64,000 nt of DNA, taken from the NCBI GenBank assembly GCA_963717505.1, contig OY970342.1, positions 3,872,001 to 3,936,000 on the forward strand, written 5' to 3'. Shown piece after piece: positions 52,436 to 63,781 of this stretch. The notes under the pieces were generated by a model. It worked only from the letters and a program-made list of their open reading frames with translations. It did no database searches and was not told the DNA's origin. How positions within the stretch are numbered: the first letter of the stretch is position 1; the number at the start of each line of letters is the position of its first letter. Position numbers and translations under genes: made by a program. Origin of the DNA: Candidatus Eiseniibacteriota bacterium (lineage in GTDB: Bacteria > Eisenbacteria > RBG-16-71-46).

Positions 52436-55400
52436 TACTTGTATCCTGGCCACCATCGTGGCACAGGGATGTCGATCGGATGCCGCCACCAACCACCCTT
52501 ACCCGAGCCAATGGCCACGCGGAACGTTGGATGACCCAGCCCGCGAGACGCATCCCATCCCCATCCTACTCTAAACCACCGGTTCCTATTGAAGATCCCT
52601 CCCGGATTCCCCATACCCGATTTTCCAAACCTTCCGCCCCATCTCGGGTGGAAGTCCATCAGACCAATCGCAACGCCGGTCCATTGTCCCCTCCCGTATG
52701 CCCCTCCGCATGGATCGATCTCGTCCTGCACCTCGAAACTCTCTCGAGCCCATTTCGTAGCACTCCAGTCTGTGAACGGGACACCAGACACTGCATCTCC
52801 GACACCAGCGAAGTAGTCATCCCAATCATGTCGGTCGAGCCACATCGCCGGTCCGTCGATCACATCAATCCAATCAGTCCCGTACGGATCTATTGCATTC
52901 ACAGGGTTGTTTCCAACGTACGCGTAGAGGTTCACGTCACCCCCCGCAAAGCGAATGGGATCCTTCGTCGTCCACCGCCCGAAGTTCGGGTCGTAGTCGC
53001 GCGCGCCAAAACGTACGAGATCGGTCTGCCCATCCCACAAGCCGCCAGCGTACCCAAAGCACTGGAATCCCGGCGCCGAGTCGTCGGTAACCCGACCGTA
53101 GCTGTCGTAATCCAGGCGTTGTGCGATCGATCCAGTCGAAGCATTCACCACCAGGCGCACCGAGCCCAGGTGGTCCGAGATGATCCGGTACGTCGTCCCG
53201 CCCTTCACCACATAATCCGGGACATGCGCTCGCGTCCCATAGACGTACCGTGCCGCCAGATTCCCGTTGCCGTCGAACTCCGCCACAGGCTCCAGCTGGT
53301 CCTGATAGATCCAGCGGTGCGTTACTACGCCGTTGCGCTTGCGGACCACCCGGCGGTTGCGTCCATCAACCATGTACTCAGTGGAGTCCCCACTCGCAAG
53401 CTTGACCTTCAGCAGGTTCCCGAGGGCATCATAGGTGTACAGGCTCGGGGTCGAAAAGGCTTGAGATTGCAGGTCGCCCCCTGCCGAGTACGTGAACGTG
53501 GTGTTCCGATAGCGGAGCATGCGATCCTGGCCATCCACCGTCATGGTCGCCGAGTCTCCGGGCGCATCGTAGCGCACGCGGTTGCCGTTGCCGTCGTAGC
53601 CATAGCGCTCGGTGACCGTGCCGTTCACCGTCACTCGGACCAGGAATCCCGAGTCCGAGTAAACATAGTTGATCACTTTGGTGGTGCCGCTAATGGTCTC
53701 GGTCACTCCAGTGATCCGACCGACGGAATCGCGAGTATAGATCGCGTCGTAGAAAGGCGTGGCGCTGTACGACGCAGTACGTCGCCACAGGTCCCCTTGC
53801 CACGAGTAGCTCTCGCTGGTCGTGACGTTGCCAAGCGTCGTGCCGGATATGAGCCCGTTGTCAAGTCGACGGGCAATTGCTAGAGCACCCACCCCTTCAA
53901 GGAGCCCGTCGCTGTCATACGAATAGGCGACCATGTTCGCACCGTTGACTCTCTGGCTTGAGACCCTTAGGTCACGGTTGAGGGCAAATGACACGGTGTC
54001 TGTTACATGCCCCGTCCAGATCTCGCTAGTATCTACCGGCCCATAGTTTCCAAACGTGAGAAACACGCTGTCGGGCGAGGTGAGGGACGCCAGCTGACCG
54101 GCGGAAGAATACGAAGCCGTGAACTTGCCGCGGGCGATCGTGACCGAGTCGACCGTGCCGCCTGCCCCAAAGGCCAGCGCTACATTCTTTCCATCGGGGC
54201 GATAGATTCGCATCAGCTGCCGATCGGAATTGTACGCATACTGCGTGAGCGAGTGGGGAAGGCCCATTGGCGGAGGCCGATACTTGTCGACCAGATCTGT
54301 CGGTGTGTACTCGAACTGATGTTCGTGAGGCCCCGGAGGCGTAACGCCCATAAGATTGCTTGATGCATCTGGTTCGAGCCCCACGTCGCGGTTTCCGGGA
54401 AGTTTCACGCTCGTTAAGCGATCCGCGGTGTCGTAGGAGAGAGTGGTCATGATCCCCGAAGTGTCACGTACGACTGCCAGCCGGCCGCGAGCATCGTAGC
54501 CGTATCGCAGTCCCCGTCCTCCCTGGGTGCTCCGTTCAAGCCTCCCCTGTTCATAGTGGTAGATCCAGGGCGCCAACCCTGGAACGGTCATGGTCAGCGG
54601 TCGCCCAGCGGAATCAAGTGTCACAGTGGCCGTGCGGCCCCTTGGACTGCGCATGCGGACTATCAGGCTGTCGGAGTGAAACTCGACGCGGTGGGCGCTG
54701 TCACCGTTCACGCTGTCATTCTCCGCCCACTCCCCATGCGTGAACGGTGGATTGAACAACGTCGACATCCCGCGCTGTCGTTCGACTACCCGCGTCATTC
54801 CATTCGGCAGTCGGACTCGACTGCGTCGCGAGTAGGGCGCTACAAAGCCGAAACGCGGGTCCGCCCTCACGCTATCGACGGATGAGCCCCCATCGGGCCA
54901 AGACGCAAGGACCCTCATGTCCGAACTATCCGTTCGCACATAGCGGAGCCCCGCGGTCGTTATCTCGCGCTGCCTCGTAGAATTGAGCAGCTCGGTAACA
55001 TCGTAGGTAGTCATAACCCCAGCGCCAGTCGTCCTCGTAACCGTCCGTTTGAGCCCGTCATACGAAACCGCCAACTGTTCCGAAACCCCCGTCCCAGGCG
55101 GCCCCTCGTCCTCCCACAGTCGCCCGTCCGCTCCCCACGTGAATGTATGGACGTTGCCACGTGGATCTGTGAAGGTCTCGAGTAGTCCGTCAGATCTCGT
55201 CGTCAGTTCTATCGCGTTACCAAGCGTGTCCTCGACGCTCTCCAAGCGGCCGTTGCTATCCACTGTTAGCCTCGTCCGCTGCCCGAATGGCGCAAGGATC
55301 CCGATTGGGGCTCCGGTCCCTCCCCGCTGAATCTTGGTCGTAAGGCCGTTGACGTCCCGAATGGTGGATAGCCTCCCAGCCGCGTCATAACCGAACTCGT

Positions 55401-58400
55401 GGCGCACGGCACCGGTCATCGCATCACGCGTGTAGAGGTGCCGCCCTGCTGTGGTCCCGTTCCTCGCGAACACGTAGTACTCACTTCCATCGGCGCTGGC
55501 CACCACAACTTCGGGAGTGCCTTCGCCGGCAAATGGATTCCGCACAGTATATAGTCCGACATGCCGACTCCATGCAAACGTCTCATCAGGGGCGATCGCA
55601 ATCGCTTGGACATCAAAGCCGCGTAGACTCAGAAATGGCACCCCACCAGAAGTCGCATCGCTGAGTCCGCTGAACGGACTGGTGAAGCCAAGTTGCGACA
55701 ATGTACCGTCAGGCTCGCGTTTCATGAAATACCATCTGGTTTCGTCATTCATGACCGACGAGAACAACAGCATCCCTCTAGCGTTGGCGGTTAGTGTATG
55801 GATCCGATCCCCTGGCACGTCCGATTCCATAGCAATCGTGCTCAGCATCCCGTCAGGTGACACGCGTTTGATCCGACCCTTTTCGTTGATATATAGGTTG
55901 CCCTCACCATCGGCAGCAATGTCGAGCCCGTACATTATGCTGAGGCTGGTCGCAGCGCCTGTTGAGTCGTTTGAGTTGCCCAGCCCGTTACCGGCATAGT
56001 TCCTAATTATGCCATTGGGCCCAATTCTTCGAATACGAATGTTGCCAACGGCACCATAGTTGTAGCCATAGCGCCCGTTACTAACAAATAAGCTGCCGTC
56101 AGGTCCTAGGGCAATATCTCCCACGTAGCCCACCCACGCCTCCGATGCCGGTAGGCCGTCGCCTCCCCCTTCCGTTTCCCCAGGCTTGCCGCCGATTATC
56201 TTCCGGATCATGCCGCCTGGTGTGACCACGGCGACGATGGCTTCGTCCGGCTCCGACGAACGCCCCGCGGCCAGATAGACCGAGCCGTCAGGCCCGACCG
56301 CCAGGCCGTTGATCTGGTGGGGCAGCGCCGTTGCCGTGGCTGACCCATCACCCTGGTATGAGCCAGGATTGCCGTTTCCGGCGATTCGCGTAACCGTGCC
56401 ATTCGGGTCGACCCGAAGAACTGAGTTTCGACAATCATCACCAACGTACAGCTCGCCGCGAGGGCCGTAGGCAAGCGCGCGGGAGTCGTCGAGCTTCAAC
56501 GTAGCAACGGTCGCAGAGGGTGCACCTCCAGGGCAGTCGTCAGGATCATTGTACCTTCGGACTATCGGAGTTAGCTGCTCGCCGTCAATCACGGACCCGT
56601 CGCCGAGATAGACGATGCCTTTGCCAACATTGTCGTAGAAGTGATGGGGGCTTAGCGTCCAACCGCCCAGTCCCGCGTTGTCAGCACTTGGAGCACCGAG
56701 ATTCATTGACTGCCAGCTCCATGCGATCACGGGAATCTGCCGCAGCAGGGTCGCTTCTCCTAGGGCCGTACCACTTGCCGCAGGATCTCCCAGCGACTCC
56801 GACCCCGTTCCGCCGACTACCCACCGTCTGTACTCGTAGCCCACGCCAACCCTGGCGACGACAGAACTCGTAACCTCACGGTCGTACGCATCGCGCCCAT
56901 CCCAAGTCATCGTCACGGGTGGCGTGGCGAGGGTGATCGGACCCGGGACGATCTGATGGTACCGTCGCCCAGCCACGAGAAGCTCCACGTGTACCCTATA
57001 GAGACCGATTGGAATGCTTGACCCAACAACGGGAACTCGCACGCTGCGCATGACCTTATCGCCCGGGGCACGGAAGCTGCGATAGTTCAGGCTGTAGGGT
57101 GTGCCGAGCACGCCCAAACGCTGCCCAAGCGTACGGTCTTCACAATTGATGATCGAACCAGGTACTTCGCAGGGATTCGGCGTGTGGCGATCGCTGCGCG
57201 GGGGACCAGGCCCTCCGATCGGGGGCGGCAGATAGCGGACGTTGTAGTCTGCATTCGAAAATCGGTCAACGGGCATTCGCCAGAGAACATCCCCAGCATC
57301 ATACTGTGCAGACATCGCCTGCAGCTCGGCTGATGTAACTCCTAAGCTGTCAAGTCTGGCCTGGCCATCAACCAAAGAATCCCCATTTGAGTCAATCGTC
57401 ACCGTGCCTCCGTTGTCCGACAAGATGCGGACAACCCAGCCGTCCCTTACAGCCACCCATTTCGCTGAACGGCGATCGTAGAACCCATTCGGCACGGCGG
57501 TCCCGACCGGATAGTCGAGGAAGTTACGTACGTAGCAGATCACGGGGTTGGTGAATAGCACGTCTGGGACGGGGAGGTGCGGGGCCGTGCTCTGCCCAAT
57601 GGAATCCGCCTCATCGACGCTGAAGTCAATGCAGTACGTGTAGGAGCTCGAAGGCGGGAGTAGCGCAGGCATGCTCGAGGAGCCATCCTCACCGACCGTA
57701 TACTCCGTCAGCCGGAGTCGCATTTCACTCAATGAGGCGGTATCCCCTGGAGTACGGGCGATCTTCGCGGTTGTACCTGCGTGGAACAGCACTCGTATTT
57801 CGCGATCGCCGTTTAGGTCGGATGCAAAACGGCCGCGAACAACGGTCAATGCGTTGAGATAGACGGAAGTAAACTTCGAACTGCGTCCGACCAGGGCCAC
57901 ATCATCCACAATCGAGTAGTCGTTAGCTTGCGGATGCACGTTGCGCTGGATTTCCAAGAATCCCGCTTTCGTAAATCGAAGTGTCAGCTGGGATCCCCCA
58001 TTAACGACAAGGTCAAATCGCCCGTCTTATCGCGTGATGGCGTGTCCGTATTCTGGGTGGTTAAGGACGCGGACTGTGACATTCCCAACCGGACCGAAGT
58101 CCCTGGCTCTCACCTGACCACGCACGACCGCGGCGAACGCCGGGATAAACTTGGTGCTGTCGACGCCCAGTTGCACAGCACTGGCACCAGAGAAGAGGAA
58201 CCGCACGCCCTCATAGAACGCAGTCGTCGCTGTAACGGAGAATCCGGTTTCGTCGAGGGTCGAATCAGGCGGAGTGGGTTCGCCGGCCAGCGATCTGAAG
58301 ACGAGGCGCGTGAGTTCTCTCTTGTTGTTGGCTGCGTCGACCGCACGGCACACGATCCGATTCGTGCCTAGATCGAGCCGATAGTTCGATAGCGAGAAGC

Positions 58401-59619
58401 TGCCACCATAGCCCGTCGCAACAGCCTCCCCGTCCACCGTCACCGTCGTAAACGTGGAATCACGCCAAGTACCGGCGACTGTGATTAGTGAGTCTGCGGT
58501 TGAGGGTATTCCCTCGGATGGCGTCGTCACGGTGAGAGTGGGCGCCAGAGTGTCGCGTACGATCTGCTGCGTGACGGTCGTAGTCAGCCCAGCACTGTTC
58601 CGAATCGCCATTTGTGCTGAATACCGGCCGATGCCGGGCAGGGCAAAGGGCGTTGAGAACCCAGGGCTGGCCAGTATGCGCGGACCACTGTTCACGCTTA
58701 GGCTACACGGCGTTTGATCTACTACCTGACCGATCAACGACACCGATGCAGAGTTCGTGAAGAGGGTATCGGGTGCCGGCAAGGATAGGGTCACGGCCGG
58801 CGGTGTGTCGTCGATGGCTCGGAACTGCAACTTAAGGTAGGTGTTGACTGCACTTTGGTTGAGGATCTTGACGGTGTTGTTTACAAGCAGGGTGACGTTC
58901 TTCGTGGCCGTTGCCTTGCCTGTTCCAAACTCAGCGTTCGAGAGAACCTGAGTGCCGTTAAGCCAGACTTTGCCGCTCGTCACCCGGTTTGAGCCGTATC
59001 CAGAGCCGTTGATCATTCGAAGCATCCCCACGTCGGCGGCGTTGTCGGTGTCGACCGAGAAGCTTACCCACTGCGTGTCGGCCGGGACCAGCCGCGTGAA
59101 CTGCGTCCACGGGTAAACCTGGTAACTGGGGTCGGAGACGTGAACAACGCGCGCTGTCAGCCCGGTGCCTTCTGAGCCATAGAGACCAATCGTCAATGGG
59201 ATCGTTCCTGACGTCACATCGATGATGCGCTGCGTGTTCCCCAATGTTTGCTCGTTCTCGCCAACCCATTCTTGTTGATTGACGCTGACCCGAATCTTCG
59301 ATGCTCCGTTGTCACCAATGTCCAAGAGATAGCGACGCCCGAGCGTGTTGGAGACCTGGAACTGGTCACTGTAGAGCGTCCAGATCGGCGGGTCTGATTC
59401 GTTGAGAAAATAAGTCGGTCCGTGGACGATAGCCGTGTCGGTGAGTGCATCCGTTCGGACCACGGGCTGCTTTGGTTGTGCCCCCAGGGGCGCTGACGTA
59501 GGTCTCGCGGCGATTGCGACGAACGCGAGGCTGCCCAAAAGCAGGAGAAGCGCTCCGAATGCCATCCAGGAACGCACGCGAGGGATGTCGAACCTAGTCA
59601 CGGACACCCTCGCGTGCAA
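52435..59619 (-). CDS. Teneurin-like RHS/YD-repeat protein (~2390 codons) interrupted by one in-frame TAA at 58027-58029
   Basis: Signal peptide, Ig-like domains, HPEYGHAITR*DGRFDLVVNGG, GLGGWTL..HH.YD, NHL repeats, YD repeats, and RHS core GARDYDP..GRW..KDP...NLYAYVGNNPVNAIDPYG. Confidence 0.88.
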
Positions 59620-59658
59620 ATGAGTGTTTTGTTCGAAGGGGCTTCAATGAGCGGTTCC

Positions 59659-61575
59659 TTAGCGGACGACAGGGAGTTTGACCACCCGCATCTGGGCTCC
59701 CTGCGAAAGGCGGAAGAAGTACATCCCGGACGCGATACGCGAAGGCAGACTCACGCTCACGCGGTGTTCTCCTGGCTCCAGCCCATGGAGCGACTCCCGT
59801 CGAACCCTCCGGCCCTGGATGTCGATGATCTCGTACTGCGGGTCGGCGCCGCGCGGCAGGCTGAAGCTGAGGTCCAAGCTCCGCGCGGTGGCGTCGTAGC
59901 GGGCCCACATAAGTGTCAGGACCGCGGGCGCGACGGGAATCAAGAGCTCGACCGGAGCGAAGAAGACTTTCGCCTGGGACCGCCGCAGCACCACACGGTA
60001 CTCGACTCGCGCACCCTCCGGTGCCGCTTCATCGACGTGCCGGATGTACCCGCTGTCCTGAACCGTTAGAGCAGACAGGGCTTCCCAATCGCTCGGCTGA
60101 ATGCGGCGCTCGATGGCAAGCGTTCCAATAAGCGGCTCGAAGCTCTGCCACGCCAGCCGAGCCTTCCCGGGAGTCGCCTTGGCTTCGCGCACGCGGAGCG
60201 AACGACTGGGTTCTGCCCGCCTCGCCGAAAGCAGCCCCGCCACCGAGAGCGAGTCTGACGTCATCCAAGAGACGACCATCCCGCCGGCGCCATCCGAGGT
60301 TGCGACGACACCGTATTCGTCACCGGCCTCCGCGCTCACGGCGACGCCGTTCTCGGCCCATCCATGCTCACCTGCTGCGGTGATCCGCTGGGCGTGGACA
60401 TCGCTGCCCGTCTCGCCGCGGAAGTCCTCCCAGACGACGAATGCTCCACCTGAGCCGTCCGAGACGAGACTTGGAGCGAAGAATCCGGCGCCGACTCCGG
60501 TAGCGGCCGCAGCTGAAGTCCACTGCGGCGCGGGCGTTCTATCCCCTCCGATGCGTTGAACCTGGACCCTGGCTGAGGACGGTCCGCGGGCCGTCCAGGC
60601 CACGACGTAGCCGGAGGAGTCGGGAAGCACGGCCGGGTCCGAGAGTCGTTCGCCGCTTGCACCGGCAGCAATGACCGTTGGCCTCGTCATGGTGTCGGGT
60701 GGTGAGCTGGCCGAAAGCCGTCGGGCAAGAATTTGCTCCGCGCCAAGGCCATCCTCCGACCGCCAAACCACTAGGATGGAGCCGCTTGCGGAGCTGGAAA
60801 CCGCGGGGGCACTGCTCGTTCCCTCGGCCCCTTCGATGGCCGCGCCGCCAGGCGACCAACCGGATCGTGGAGTGCCAGTTCCATCGACGTTGAGCGCATA
60901 GACGCGAAGTGCCCCGTCGCGACGGTCTTGCCACGCGATCAAGGCCCCGCCCATACCGTCCGCTGCGATCGAGGGCTGAAGCTGATCTGCACCGCCCTCG
61001 GCGATTAGAAGGCCATCCTCAAGCCAGCCCTCGGCAGGAGCGGCACTCGCCGTGATGCGCTGGAGGTAGAGATCAGCCGATTGCCCGCTGCGAAAGTCCT
61101 GCCACACCGCAAACACGCCGCCGGAACCATCGGGAGCAAGCGCGACGTTGTACTGGGACAGTTCCGCCCGGCAGACGGCGAGCCCGCCATAGGGCCAGCC
61201 GTCGGCGATCTCACCGGTGCCGGTGATCCGCTGGAGATAGATGTCCCCGAAGATGGTTCGGTAATCGACCCACGCGACATACGATCCGATGGCGCCATCG
61301 CTGGCGAGCTGCTGCGCCACTTCCTCGAGTGCGATGCCGTGGCGCGTGCTGTCCGGCTGCCAGGTCGTGTCCGCCAGCCCTGAGGACGTAATGCGTTTCA
61401 CGAAACGAAGAACGGTTCGGCCGGTTAGGGGATCGACGCAGGGAAGCAGGGCCGATTCAACCGTCGACGAGGAGTCGACCGGGGTGTCGCCCGCACGTGC
61501 GTGGCCAGCCATCGGCGGCGCTGTGGCCGCGAGGACCGCGACAAGAAGCCAAGAACTTCCGACGGATCGCATCAT
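59659..61575 (-). CDS. Secreted beta-propeller-like repeat protein with a T9SS-type-A/FlgD-Ig-like C-terminal domain
   Basis: Signal peptide (ARA), repeats DG.GG..V.W.D.R....D.Y.QRI, and C-terminal IIDIQGRRVR...SGMYFFRL......KL.VVR. Confidence 0.75.
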   Translation of the reverse strand: MMRSVGSSWLLVAVLAATAPPMAGHARAGDTPVDSSSTVESALLPCVDPLTGRTVLRFVKRITSSGLADTTWQPDSTRHGIALEEVAQQLASDGAIGSYVAWVDYRTIFGDIYLQRITGTGEIADGWPYGGLAVCRAELSQYNVALAPDGSGGVFAVWQDFRSGQSADLYLQRITASAAPAEGWLEDGLLIAEGGADQLQPSIAADGMGGALIAWQDRRDGALRVYALNVDGTGTPRSGWSPGGAAIEGAEGTSSAPAVSSSASGSILVVWRSEDGLGAEQILARRLSASSPPDTMTRPTVIAAGASGERLSDPAVLPDSSGYVVAWTARGPSSARVQVQRIGGDRTPAPQWTSAAAATGVGAGFFAPSLVSDGSGGAFVVWEDFRGETGSDVHAQRITAAGEHGWAENGVAVSAEAGDEYGVVATSDGAGGMVVSWMTSDSLSVAGLLSARRAEPSRSLRVREAKATPGKARLAWQSFEPLIGTLAIERRIQPSDWEALSALTVQDSGYIRHVDEAAPEGARVEYRVVLRRSQAKVFFAPVELLIPVAPAVLTLMWARYDATARSLDLSFSLPRGADPQYEIIDIQGRRVRRESLHGLEPGEHRVSVSLPSRIASGMYFFRLSQGAQMRVVKLPVVR

Positions 61576-61662
61576 GCGAACCCGAACCCCGGAGGTGGCC
61601 CAGTCTAGGCTTGCGGTAGTGGCTCGGGCACGAGGGAGGGAATCCGTTCCCGAGGCAGGGCC

Positions 61663-61690
61663 ACCATAGGCAGCTGAAACGTGAAGTCAA
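61663..61690 (-). promoter_or_regulatory. Putative sigma70 promoter of the secreted protein/RHS operon
   Basis: TTGACT-N16-TATGGT just inside the island's right end. Confidence 0.45.
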
Positions 61691-61723
61691 GTGATTGGTT
61701 TTTTCCGACTGCACCCGGAGAAC

Positions 61724-62560
61724 TCACACTGAAACGCCGTGCTCCCGAAGCGCCTGGTTGAGCGAGGTCTTGAGATCGGTCGACTCGCGACGCTGGCCGA
61801 TGATCAGGGCGCACGGCGTGCCGAACTCGCCGGCCGGAAATCTCTTGAGCTGTGAACCGGGAATGACCACCGCACGCTCGGGAATCTCGCCCTTGAATGT
61901 GCGCGGCTCGCTGCCGGTGACGTCGACGATCGGCGTCGACGCGGTGAGCACGACCCCGGCGCCGAGCACCGCACCCCGCCGCACCCGCACACCCTCGACC
62001 ACGATCGCACGCGAGCCGACGAAGGCGTCGTCCTCGACGATCACCGGCCGGCTCTGTGGCGGCTCGAGCACGCCGCCGATCCCGACGCCGCCCGACAGGT
62101 GGACGCGCTTCCCGATCTGGGCGCACGAGCCGACCGTCGCCCAGGTGTCGACCATCGTGCCTTCGCCGACCCGCGCGCCGATGTTCACGTATGCCGGCAT
62201 CACGATCACGCCGGGCTCGAGGAAGCTGCCGTAGCGCGCGATCCCCGGAGGCACCACGCGCACACCGGCGGCCGCCAGGCCGTGCTTGGTCGGGATCTTG
62301 TCGTGGAACTCGATCGGGCCGACCTCGAACGTGCTCGACACCCGCATGCGAAAGTAGAGACCGATCGCTTGCTGCAGCCAGCCGTGGGTCACCCAGTCGT
62401 CGCCCGTGGGCTCGGCCACGCGCAGATCACCCGCGTCGAGCCCGGCGATCGCGCCCTCGACCGCGCCGCGCACCGCCGGCTCGTCGAGCGGACGGCGCCC
62501 GTCCCAGGCTTCGTCGATGGTCGCGCGCCAGCGCGCCACCGGGTATTCGGTCACCGTCAT
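61724..62560 (-). CDS. dapD: Tetrahydrodipicolinate N-succinyltransferase
   Basis: LDAGDLRVAE, DKIP.K, VRVVPP, YVNIGA.V..GTMVDTWATVGSCAQIG and GGVLEP. Confidence 0.96.
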   Translation of the reverse strand: MTVTEYPVARWRATIDEAWDGRRPLDEPAVRGAVEGAIAGLDAGDLRVAEPTGDDWVTHGWLQQAIGLYFRMRVSSTFEVGPIEFHDKIPTKHGLAAAGVRVVPPGIARYGSFLEPGVIVMPAYVNIGARVGEGTMVDTWATVGSCAQIGKRVHLSGGVGIGGVLEPPQSRPVIVEDDAFVGSRAIVVEGVRVRRGAVLGAGVVLTASTPIVDVTGSEPRTFKGEIPERAVVIPGSQLKRFPAGEFGTPCALIIGQRRESTDLKTSLNQALREHGVSV

Positions 62561-62575
62561 CCGTTCACCCTCCCA

Positions 62576-63781
62576 TCACGAGTCGAAGCGTGCGAGTCGG
62601 ACGGCGGCTTCACGGCAACGCTCGACCGTCGGCACCAGCGCCCACCGGAGGTAGCCCGCGCCTTCGACCCCCAGGAACGAGCCCGGAGTCGCGACGATGC
62701 CGGCGCGCAACAGCCGCTCGACGAAGGCGACGTCGTCTCCCCCCGGGGCCGGCGCCCATAAGTAGAAGGTGGCCTCGCTGGCTTCGATCGTCCATCCGCG
62801 CCCCGCGAACGCCTTGAGCATGATCTCCCGCTTGGCCCGGTAGACCTCGCGCTGGCGTTCGGCGTGCGCGTCGTCGTTCCAGGCGGCGATCGCCGCGCGT
62901 TGCACGAAGTCCGGGGTCGCGACCCCGACGTTGGGACGGAAGCGGGTGAGCGCCTCGATCAGTCGCGCATCGCCGGCCATGAACCCCGAACGGTATCCGG
63001 TCATCGCCGATCGCTTGCTCAAGGTGTGGAACGCGAGGACGTTTTCCGTCCCGTGCTCGAGCATCGAACCCGGTGCGACGTCGAAGTAGATGTCGGCGTA
63101 GGCTTCGTCGGCCGCGATCCAGTAGCCGTGCCGCCGTGCATGATCGGCGATGGCTCCCAGGGCCCCGCGATCGAGCGCAGCGCCGGTCGGATTGTGCGGG
63201 TGGTTGAGCCATAGGAGCGCGGTGCGCCGCCACACCTCGTCGGGCACCAGACCGGTGTGGAACCGGAATCCGTCCTCACGTCGCAGGGCCACCCGGTGGA
63301 TCTCGGCGCCCGCGAACTGGGCCGCCGACGCGAAGACCGGATAGGCCGGCGAAGGGATCACAACGACATTGCGCGCGGACGAGCGACCGATCACCGCGAG
63401 CGGCAGCAGGAACACACCCTCCTTGGTGCCGTTGACCGGGAGCAGCTCGCAATCGGGATCGACCGTGACGCCAAACCGGCGCGCGAGCCAGCCGGCGGCG
63501 GCCACACGCAGCTCGCGCATGCCAACGGTCGCGGGATAGCTCGAGACTTCGGGGATCGCGTTCCGCAGCGTCTCGCGAATGAAGTCGGGGGTGCGCTCGC
63601 GCGGATCGCCGACGCTGAAATCGATCGGCTCGACTCCGGGCGGCACGAGCTCGCGGCTCATCGCCGCCAGGCGCACGAACGGATAGTCGCCCGTGGCTTC
63701 GAGCACCGGATTGATCGGCGGCAGGACTCGGGCCCCCGGGTCGATCGCGGAGGTGGCGGCGGGCGGCGAGGGTCGGCTCAT
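62576..63781 (-). CDS. dapC: N-succinyldiaminopimelate aminotransferase (class I/II PLP)
   Basis: YPFVRL, GTKE, NHPHNPTG, DEAY and LSKRSAMTGYRSGF; lies between dapE and dapD. Confidence 0.85.
   Translation of the reverse strand: MSRPSPPAATSAIDPGARVLPPINPVLEATGDYPFVRLAAMSRELVPPGVEPIDFSVGDPRERTPDFIRETLRNAIPEVSSYPATVGMRELRVAAAGWLARRFGVTVDPDCELLPVNGTKEGVFLLPLAVIGRSSARNVVVIPSPAYPVFASAAQFAGAEIHRVALRREDGFRFHTGLVPDEVWRRTALLWLNHPHNPTGAALDRGALGAIADHARRHGYWIAADEAYADIYFDVAPGSMLEHGTENVLAFHTLSKRSAMTGYRSGFMAGDARLIEALTRFRPNVGVATPDFVQRAAIAAWNDDAHAERQREVYRAKREIMLKAFAGRGWTIEASEATFYLWAPAPGGDDVAFVERLLRAGIVATPGSFLGVEGAGYLRWALVPTVERCREAAVRLARFDS

Larger units (their letters stand above)
49670..61715. mobile_element. 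~12-kb accessory island (tyrosine recombinase, RHS/immunity, secreted proteins)
   Basis: Visibly more A/T-ending codons than the flanks; interrupts core genes; GGTGCAGT at 49670-49677 and ACTGCACC at 61708-61715 match the arms of the internal sites. Confidence 0.6.
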
